Assembly: GCF_009914755.1 (NCBI RefSeq) | Contig: NC_060929.1 | Origin: the human T2T-CHM13v2.0 reference genome, Homo sapiens | Strand: one strand, 5' to 3' | DNA: 64,000 nucleotides | Shown here: positions 51,557 through 64,000 of the stretch, piece after piece | Position numbering within the stretch: position 1 is the stretch's first letter | Layout: every line of letters starts with the position of its first letter | Position numbers and translations under genes: made by a program | Notes under the pieces: model-generated | The model's input: only the letters and a program-made list of their open reading frames with translations | Database searches by the model: none | What the model was told of the DNA's origin: nothing

Positions 51557-52099
51557 TGAATGCCTGGGTGCTATAATTTAGTTTTCCTATTTTGATTACT
51601 TTCATAAATATAGTTATATTGAAGTGTTTGTTTTGTTTTGCCTCTTTTGTTCAATAATACATTTGTAAGATTTATCCATTTTGTTTATGTTGTGGGTTAC
51701 TATTCCATTTAATGAATATAAGATGATTTACTTATTCATTTTAATATTGATGGATATTTGTAGCATTTCTAGTTTTGGTTCATTGTTCATAATAACTGAA
51801 ACCCAGAAAAAACAGATATTCCCATCTTATACATATGTCCTGCGGCACTTCAGCATATATTTCTCCAGGGTACATACCTAGGAGTCAAACTGCTAAGTAT
51901 TTAGTGGATTCATGTCTTCAGTTCTATAGTTTTGCCCAGTGGTTTTCCAAAGTATTTCTACCAGCTTACACATCTACCAGCAGTGTATCATGTCCCCAAT
52001 ATTTGGCATTGTACAACTTTAAAAATTTTTGTCAATTTTATGGCTGTAATTTGGTACCTCATTGTATTTTCATGAAAAAAGACAAAATCTTCATTTTAA

Positions 52100-52439
<340 letters not shown>

Positions 52440-53074
52440 CACGTAATGTATTTTCTTATTTAACCTTGAATGCTGAATAGTGTGCGTCTTTTTTTAAAAA
52501 TACATCTTTAGATAAAATAGTATATTTTCAAAAAAGTACCCAAATCATAAATTTACAGCTCTATGAATTAATACAAAGTAAAGAAAACCATGAAATCACC
52601 ACATGTCTATAAATAGGACTGTTCCATAAAGCCCTTCTAGAGCCTCCTGTAGTCACTTCTCTCACACTTGTCCTCAGAAGAAAGCCTTGAGGTGATTTCT
52701 AATATTACGATTGTTTTGTTTTTTCAACTTTGTATTAATGGAATAATACGTGACTGATTTTCTCATTCCTCCTTATGTTCCCATCCAGGTACTAACCAGG
52801 CCTGACCCTACTTAGCTTCCAAGATCAGAGGAGACCGGGCACGTTCAAGATGGTATGGCCAAAGACCCTCATATGTTTCTAGATTCATCTATTTTGTTGT
52901 GCGTAGCAGTTGCTTATTTGCATTGCTGTATGGAAAGTAAGTCAAAAGACTTAATACTTTTGAAAGTAGAAATACTTTCGAAAGCAATTTGGGCTCCTCA
53001 ATATAGTATAGGTTATGAGAGCTACAACAGTGCTTGGCAAGAGGTTTGGAACATAGAAAGTGTTTATTATACTT

Positions 53075-53383
<309 letters not shown>

Positions 53384-53941
53384 CTATACTTCTTATATTT
53401 GCAGGCAAATACCTTTTTACATTTGACAAATTGCCTTTTTATTTTTGCTTGAGTTTCCCTAAATAAAACTTCCTTGTTGTACTTATGCATGGTTCTATAA
53501 TGGTGAATCAAGCCATTTACATTGGTGAATGAGAAATTGCATATTTCATGAATGCATGGAATAGTTTATGGTATTTATTCAAAATATTACACATACTTCT
53601 GCTTCCAGGAAGGTGGAGTAAATGTAATATTCCCCATTCATCCTGCTAAAACCCCAAAGCATTGTACATAAAACAAATGTAATACAATGAAAGGCAGACA
53701 AAAGGCAGACCAGCTAGGGATCTCAAGACTCAAGGTACAACACAGTCGTAAGTTTTTTTTTCCTTTTGTATTCCAGACTTGGAACTGAAGAAGCTGGCAA
53801 TCTGGAAATGCCAATGGATGCAGATTTTAAAAGCCCCAGCAAAAGTCTGCTTTCTCTATTCATAGGACCAGGATCAGGAAGAGGACAGCTTAGAAAGACA
53901 TAAAATTCTTAGACAATAACTGTTCTACCCCAGCCAAACAC

Positions 53942-53943
<2 letters not shown>

Positions 53944-53990
<47 letters not shown>
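53944..53990. repeat. (AC)n microsatellite (~23 repeats)
   Basis: Uninterrupted acacac... run. Confidence 0.95.
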
Positions 53991-53992
<2 letters not shown>

Positions 53993-54037
53993 CAACAACT
54001 ATGGCCCCACCCACTTCAGCAAAGGCTGAGTAGGAGC

Positions 54038-54340
54038 CTAAACTTCCACCACTGAGCGGCTATAAGAAGTTACCCCAAGACCCCACCAACGTGGTGTTAA
54101 AGAAGGCCAAATAGGGGACAAAATTTTTATCCATGCTGACCAGTTATGAGGTTCCCTTTTTCCCTCTGTGAAATAAAAATAAAGCCCGTAGGTCCCCAGG
54201 CAAGATGAAATGGACTCCTTTTGCAAAAGAGACCCCAGAAAACTTTAAAAGCTGGATTCTATGGCTTTGGCAAGGTAAGAGTTCGGTCACACCTCAAAAC
54301 TCCCCTACCTCATTAACTGCTTCAAGACTTTCTTTCCTAC
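54038..54340 (+). mobile_element. Retroviral remnant: partial copy of the env-end/LTR-start segment found at 57180..57400
   Basis: ~160-bp block ttgcaaaagagaccccagaaa.tttaaaagctg.attctatggctttggcaagg.aagag... shared with 57250..57410. Confidence 0.45.
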
Positions 54341-55779
54341 AGTTAAACGCCTGGGACTACAGTCATGTGCCACCATCCTAGGCTAATTTTTTTTTAAAGG
54401 TTTTTGTAGAGATGAGGTCTCAGTATATTGCCCAGGCTGGTCTCAAACTCTTGGGCTTAAGCAATTCTCCATCTCGGCCTCCCAGAGTGCTGGAATTACA
54501 GGCGTGAGCCACTGCACCAAGTCAGAAAACTGAGTTTTAAGAAGATTAATATTTTTATGTTTATGTAGCTTTCTGTATTACTTTTAAAGTCTTTTGATTG
54601 TCACTTCGGTTAAATGAATATTATTTTACAATGACCCGTGATCCTGTTTTGATCAAATATTTTGGGCCTTTTAACATCTTTGACAAACATCCTCAAAATC
54701 AATCCTAAATTAAGTCTTTTTACTTAGAATTAACTTTAAGATTTTCTAATTGGGCCCCTAAAAAGCTTCAACAGATATATCTCTCATTTTATAGAGATAT
54801 TTTAAATGATTAGGCTTATTTGGTAAATTATATAAAAACATTGTCAAATAATAAGCAATACTAGATCTTCTTTTAATTACACTATGATATGTTGTTGATA
54901 TAAATGGTTCAAAATTTATATAAATTCAGAAAGATCTAATGTGTTATCAGTCATAATTTTGGTTGTTATCTTAAAATACTACATATAATGTAAATAACTA
55001 AATGTTCTTGTCAATTGAGAACTTTCATTAGATTTTAACCATAGCCATTCTAAGTTTTTGTCATCTACAGTTACTGTTTTTAATTCTTCTCTAAAAACAT
55101 TTGCAATAAGCTATAATCCAAATTGCTTTCTATCGAAAAGACTTTAACATATTTGAATACCAATTTCTCACTTGGAATAACGAAGTTCTTCCCTCCGCGG
55201 AAGACTGGACCTCAACACCAGTATCTGACACCAGACTTAGACTAGGGTTCCACCTCATGGCTGAGAAGAAGATGACAGCTGAGGTGGACTGCCTGTCCAA
55301 GATGCTGGACCAGGGCTGTATTTTAACTCGCCCACTTTTGACTTAAGACAAATTACCATTGCCATTGCCTCAAGTACCTGCGTTATTGACTGATTACCCT
55401 GACGTTGGGAATATTATGTATTCTGGAGATCCTATGTTGTGCTACAATGCTTACCCTTGTATTCCATTTTTAGATACTTCTAAAATTTCTCATCCACCTC
55501 CAAGTCCAAAATCCCTTTCCCAGAGCCTATAATCCTCACTTTAGAAAACATAGTTACCATGCTCCTTGTTAATCAAATACTCCATTACCTTAAAGAATAC
55601 CCCCAGACTCTAGATAGTGACCCTCAGCAATTTGTATGGAATTTATGATTTCTCTCTTGGTTTAATTTTTTTATAACTAAAATGGACTCCTCTGTTTCAC
55701 TCCTCACAATTTTAGTTTTATTGACCACTTCTGTTACCAAACCCACACCTTAACCCTTACCCTTTTGAGTAAAAGGTAA

Positions 55780-55932
<153 letters not shown>

Positions 55933-56399
55933 TGAGTTTTAAAAAGATTAAGATTTTTATGTCTATGTAGCTTTCTCCTTAGATTCTGGGACTCCCACCC
56001 TTGCTACTGTACATAACCACTGAATGCCCAAAGAAAAAATATCAAACACTGACAACAGCTCCTCTTTGTTAGATATCATGCCTCTGCAGGCTTCTAGAAG
56101 GCTTGCAAAAAAACCAGTTCGTGGTTCACTCACATAATAGATATCTTGTTCATAAATGAACGTATAAATTGGCATACCCTTGGAGGTATAACTTGTGCCC
56201 CTTGAGGACACACTTTCCTATATAGAATTGAGTCAGATCCCCCAGTTCAAGAAGAGGCACACAGATGCATAAACAGCTGGCAAGTTGAAGGACTTTGCCT
56301 TCTAGGTCATTACGTTGCCCTCTTCTCCATCCATCTCAATCATAAAGAAAATCTTGCTTTCCGGTAAGCTAAAAGAGAGCTACCAAGTGGATATCAGGA

Positions 56400-57900
56400 T
56401 ATGTGGTAGCATAGTTTTTGGGGTATAATTTTTCTCAGCTACGGAGTATACACTAACAGAGATATGATAAAAAAAAATGCCGGCCACCATAGGACAAATT
56501 GCTGAAAATGCTGCAATAAGTATTATGACACAGTAGAAGTCCTTAAATTCTCTCGCTCAAGTGGTTTTAGACAATCAAATTGCACCAGGTTTTCTCATTG
56601 CTAAACAAGGGGGAATTTGCATGATAGCCCACACCACTTGTTGCACTTATATCAATATTATAGGAGATTTAACAACCCATGTAGGTAAGATCACCCAACA
56701 GGCTGCCTGGTTACAGGAGGTACAAACCACAGATCCCCTTAATAACGTTTTTAGCTGACTCATTGCAGTATTAGAAATTACTTCCAATCCATCTTACAAA
56801 CCCTTGTCATTATCATATCACTATCTTGTTCCTATTTTTGATAGTCAAAGTACTTATAAGATCTATAACCAACTACTTCAAGTCTGTCACTAAAACCAAA
56901 GTTATGGTAGCACAATGCATAGAAATGACAGACAACATAAACATAAACTTACCTTCTCAACTTTTCTGTTGTTACTGTTTTTCTAGTCTCAAAGGTTCAA
57001 AGGGTCTTAATAGCTGTCTGCCTCCTTCTTGCCTGGCCTAAAATATTCAACTGGTTGTAAGTCTCCTAGCCACATGAGTCCCACTGACAGACTAGATAGA
57101 CCTGGGGCAGGTATCCACACCATCCTGGGAACGACATGGGACATGTTAGAAAATTTAGCCATCAATGCTGCCTATGGCAGATTTCAGCCTAAAGCTGGAA
57201 AGTGTGAAATAAAACTAAAGTCCCTAAGCCCCTAGGTGAAACAGAATGGACTTCTTGTTGCAAAAGAGACCCCAGAAACTTTGAAAACTGCATTCTATGG
57301 CTTTGGCAAGGCAAGAGGTCAGTCACACCTCAACACTCCCCTACCTTGTTAACTGCCTCAAAACTTTCCTTCCTACAATTAAACAGAAACGAGTTCCTAA
57401 AAAACTGTCTGGAAGATTTCTCCCTCAACCTCAAGAGACCTCTTGATGTCATGGCTGACCTCCCCTCTTTTATCGTGGTTTCACCATGACTACTGACCAG
57501 CCTTATTAAACATTCCATTGTTATACTGACCACCGACCACAGACTGATTGCACCTAGTCCACAGAGGCTGTGCACAAGATGCCTTTGTGTTCTGTTTCAC
57601 CTTGTTATATATAAACAGCCACGTGCCACTTCACTTTACTATTAAATCCCCACCCCAAAATGAACATGGAACATATGTAACATATATGTTTATTCTCTTT
57701 GCATGCATTAGGGTTTTCTCAAATATTCATAGATTCTCCTATAAGCTACTGAATATGTACATATAGCTCATCTTGTTGGGCATAAATCCCAGCTTCTCCC
57801 TTTTGTCTCTGAAGCAGATGCTTTTCATTTTGGCTGGATGTTTCATTTCCCAACCTGCAGATTGTAACCATTTATAGGAAATAAAACTCTCTTTTTTCTT
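56400..57900 (+). mobile_element. Class I (gamma-like) endogenous retrovirus remnant: env transmembrane-subunit fragment followed by an LTR-like segment
   Basis: ORF 56561..56758 encodes ...LDNQIAPGFLIAKQGGICMIAHTTCCTYIN..., the retroviral TM immunosuppressive region plus the CX6CC motif; ORF 56826..57041 looks like the membrane-spanning and cytoplasmic tail; family not assignable by eye. Confidence 0.55.
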
Positions 57901-58219
57901 CTTCCTCAAATCTCATGATCTTTTGTTAATACTTCCCTTCCCAGCAGGGGGGATTATATGAGAAGACTGGACTTAGACCTCTACCCAGTGGTAATGTGGC
58001 CATCCTCACTGTGGTGTCAGGGGAGCCAGAACTTCCATGCTTACCCAGCAGTAACAATGAGCTCCCTTCTTCAGGTGGCAATGGAGGCTCTGTGGGGAAC
58101 CTGGACTTCTGCCTGCACCTGGCAGTAATTAGGTGACATCTCCTTCTTTCTCTCTTCCCCCTTCTGCCTAAATGGTATCAGAGAAATCCCACTAAAACAG
58201 AAGGTTTAAATAGGATCCA

Positions 58220-58964
<745 letters not shown>

Positions 58965-59071
58965 TTAGTAAAATACAACATAGATTTCCTTTAGTAACAA
59001 TTCTCCTCATAGCCTTCCTTATTCTTCTTTTTATTCTTCTCTATGATTACCTATTAATGATGAAATACTAG

Positions 59072-59341
<270 letters not shown>

Positions 59342-59439
59342 TGAACATGTTTCTTAATCGTATTCATCCTTTTTAGAATGACAGGGTGGCTTCTCAGAGG
59401 TACCATTGGGATCACCTCCAAGTTCTGCAGAATAATTAA

Positions 59440-59737
<298 letters not shown>

Positions 59738-61074
59738 CCAGAACAAGCAACTTTCAGCCTGATTCTTAAGCATGGGCCTTTATGATAACATTTGTCGTTA
59801 TAAAATAATTTGTGAGTTGCTCCCTCACTGCCAATTTAATATTTTTAAATTTTAAAACCTATTTTATTTTTAAAAATTTTACTTCTGACCCATGAGATGT
59901 AATTAATATTTGTTTTTATAATGAAGCGTCAGGTTTGTTTTTCTTATAAATGACCTTTCATGAATATTTACTTCCATGTTCAGAAAATTTGCTATTCTTA
60001 TTACCTACTAGTTTTTCTGTAAATTTGCTGGATATTATAATGTTTATAATCATATTAACTCTAAATAAGGAGAGTTTTATACTCGTATTAACTCTAAACA
60101 TACAGAGTTTTAACTCTAAATAAAAAAGTTTCATATAAGAAGGTGTATCTTCTCACTCATAAGTGGGAGCTAAGCTATGAGGCTGCAAAGGCATAAGAAT
60201 GATACAGTGCACTTTGGGGACTCAGGGGTGTAGGGTGGGAAGTGGGTGAGGGATAAAAGACTACAAATTGAGTTCAATGTATACTGCTCTGGTGACGGGT
60301 ACACCAATATCTCACAAATCACCACTAAAGAACTTACTCACGTAACCAAATACCACCTGTTCCCCAAAATCCTACGGAATAACCTCCTTATACTTTTCCC
60401 CTTCTTTTTCTAACCATGGAGAATGCCATATGAACACCTCAGACCTTTATATTTTTCTCTTGTTGTATACACTGGTTAGGCCCTTTGGAACAATGACGAC
60501 AGGATGATTAAAGTGATGATAGCAGACATCCCTGTCTTGTTCTGGATTTCAAAGGGAAAGCTTTAATCATTTCACCATTAAGTATGATGTTTGCTTTAGC
60601 TTTTTTTTTTTCCCCTGGACACCCTTACCAAGTTACAAATATTCTCTTATATGCCTAGGGATACAACTAATATCTGCTAAAAATCTTAAGATTAATTAAG
60701 ATTATTTTAAAATCATGAAAGGATGTTGAATTTTATTAAGTAATTTTTCTGCATGTACATAGATAATCATGATTTTCCCTTTAGTTCATTAACTTTGCAT
60801 ATATACTAATTACTTTTATAATGTTAAGTCAACCTCATATCTTGGAGAAATTCTACTTATGCTGTATTATTCTTTTTTATGTACTACTGGATTTAATTTT
60901 CTAATAATTAGTATGGGTTTTTTTTCATTTATTTACATTAATGACATTAGACTGGGCTTTTCCTTTTTTGTGTGTATTTTTTACAATAGGATTCACTATC
61001 AGGTTATTTTAGCATTAGAAAATCATTTAGGAAGTGTTCCTTCTTATTAATTAGGATAGTTTGTATATGATTGA

Positions 61075-61392
<318 letters not shown>

Positions 61393-63224
61393 CTAACAAT
61401 TCTTTGTTAGATGAATATTCATGTTAACATTTTTATGCCTTTGCAAAATATAATTCCCAGCAGAACATGGTCATATACCATGATTGTCTCCTTTTCTTCT
61501 TTCTACTTTTCCTGAAGTTAATGCTTGACTTTTCTTCATGTGCTTAGTTTTCCTTGGACCTCTTGTTAATTTTTTGCACATTCTTCAATAACTCTTAGTA
61601 CAGTTTTCTATGTGGTATATCATTTCAGGTAATCAGAGAAAGTATTAATACAAAAGAGCTATAAGATACCAGAATGTTTAGGCCCAGATCCAGAGAGGAG
61701 TAATTGTTGTGGGTTATTACCTAGTAACCAGGTAACAATGAAGCTCTGGTAGCTTTAAAGACCCAAGGCTGGCATTTGGCAGTTTGGGAGGATTTCATGG
61801 GTCTGACTCATGTACTGGCTGTGAAAGTTGATTTGAGCTAAAATGACCCCGGTTTGGTCATCTGGGAAGCACTGAGGCTGGTCCAAGACTTGTGGCAGGT
61901 AGCCACTGAGTGGGAGGAGGGAGAGTGAGCCTAGACACAGCTGGGGGAACAGTTTTTAGGGAAAGGAAGACATGGGTTTCTCTCAGTGGTGTGCATCCTC
62001 AAATGGGGGCTTCCCAAGTTTGTGTGTCCTGGTCTGGAAGTTGTGGTGGGTAGAAGGAAACTTAAAACTCAGCATCATTCTTGAACCATTCAGGCCTAGG
62101 CTGACCCTACTGCCCAGGGTATACCAACTCATGACACTTATCTGTCAAGGAACTCCAAATTCAATCTACTTTCTGCATTATCTCAGTGATATATTTGCAT
62201 GCTTCTTCCTGTCTGTGTTTTGGGGGCAGGTTTGATGTCCATGGACCCTCTTTAGTCCTCTATGTATGTCCCCACCAAGCTTATCATTTTCTTGGAGATG
62301 GGAGAGAGCCCTTTTTCAAGGAGGGGTCTAAAACGGCATGGATTCCTGAGAAGACTAGGCTGGGTCAGGAGCTGAAGAGGTTTAAGGTTGGGACAGAAAC
62401 TCTGGAGGTTAGCCTTGGTAAGAGTCTTTTGAGACCTACTCCATGAGTAAATCTGCTCTTCACCAAATTTCCAGATCCCCACAGTTCCTCTGAGCAGCTT
62501 CTCACTACTGTCATCTCTCCCAGATATGAACCAAATCCCTGGTTGCCAAGACAAGTTGACAAGGTTTGAAAAAGAAACTATTTTGAAACAGAACTTCAAG
62601 GAAAAATAAGAACCCATTCTCAGGCAAATCCTAGCAGCTTTGATTAGTAAAGAAACAGCAGTCCTTGTTTGATTCAGACAGTTTATTACTTACATAGACA
62701 CAAAAGGAAATAAGCAGAATTTCCAGCTCTCCCACAGGACAGCACCAATACAAAAGGGGATGGCAACCTGAGTAATGAGACACCCTGTTGCTGAGGAGCT
62801 GAGTCCATTTGCAACTAAGAAGTTTATGGCTTGCAGTTCTGCCCTAAGAAAGATGAGGCAGAATGCCTCATACCTTATCAGAACCTGGGAAGTGATAAGA
62901 ACTGCCTCATGACAGCCTCCCAAGAAGATAAAAAGATGAGTTGAAAGTGGCCTTGTGGTAGTTCCTCATAAGCCTGTTCCCCAAGGATCACAGAATGTCC
63001 GCCAAGACTTTGATTAATTATGGTTAAGCCTTGCCTGTATGGCCTATGTGAGTACATATAAGGTTGGCAGGTCAACGTGGCAGAGCCATGCCCCTACACC
63101 CATATACAGAAGAGAGCAAATGAACAGATAGTTGACCAGCCTGAAAAAGCAAAACAAGGGAAAAGAGAATAATAATTGTCATAATAAGTAAAAGGATAAT
63201 ATGCAAGGGATTTCCCCTCTTTTT

Positions 63225-63505
<281 letters not shown>

Positions 63506-64000
63506 TGGTTAAGAGTTTTTCTTTTGCCCAGGAATTTGAGCTATGCTGAAAACAGAAAGAAGTAATTCTAAGAGTAGCTTCCACCTGATTGCCAAGAGTT
63601 AGTGGCCAAGCCAGCTTTCTGATAACCAATCACGATATCACCCCCTTACCTTTCCCCAATCCCCAGTTTGTATAAAGACGGTACTAGGGAAAGGGATAGT
63701 TGTCAGAATCCTTGATAGTGGGTTGGGGGAAGGTTGTCACAGTGTGAGACCTTTCCTTTCATCTAGGGAGCCATGTGATGAGAAAGAATTCAGTAGGCCT
63801 CTGTGGAGAATGTGAGTGCCTGCAAGAAATGAAGAATGACATTTGGTACTTGGTTGGACAATTGGACTCATACATATATACATATATAAAATATATATAT
63901 ATAATATTTTTTAAAGTCAGGAACCAATTATAGATCATGCATTGCTTTTAGTTGTCATGACATCTCTCCAGTCTCTTTAATCTAGACCAATCTCACCTGA

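Overview
This is human (primate) genomic DNA, very Alu-dense, with no prokaryotic features (no CRISPR, operons, rRNA or tRNA genes). The gene content matches the chr5q31.3 neighbourhood, read left to right. (1) The 5' part of HARS1 (histidyl-tRNA synthetase, cytoplasmic) lies on the minus strand, coding exons 1-4; the rest of the gene is left of coordinate 1. (2) A 344-bp CpG-rich bidirectional promoter separates the two start codons, which are 345 bp apart. (3) The complete HARS2 (mitochondrial histidyl-tRNA synthetase) is on the plus strand: 13 coding exons, 506 codons, all with GT/AG splice sites. (4) The complete ZMAT2 is on the plus strand: 6 coding exons, 199 codons. (5) A three-unit tandem array (~8.5, 6.9 and 7.0 kb) follows; each unit carries one RNA polymerase III vault RNA gene (VTRNA1-1, VTRNA1-2, VTRNA1-3) and is delimited by homologous antisense Alu copies. 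(6) The last ~12 kb is repeat-rich intergenic sequence: Alus, a class I endogenous retrovirus env/LTR remnant, an old L1 ORF1 remnant and (AC)n/(GT)n microsatellites. Nearly all six-frame ORFs outside the listed exons fall in Alu or GC-rich promoter sequence and are judged spurious. Exon boundaries were placed by recognising the protein sequences and reading GT/AG splice sites by hand, so individual coordinates could be off by a few bases. I found no genuinely novel system; the most unusual structure is the internal organisation of the vault RNA array.
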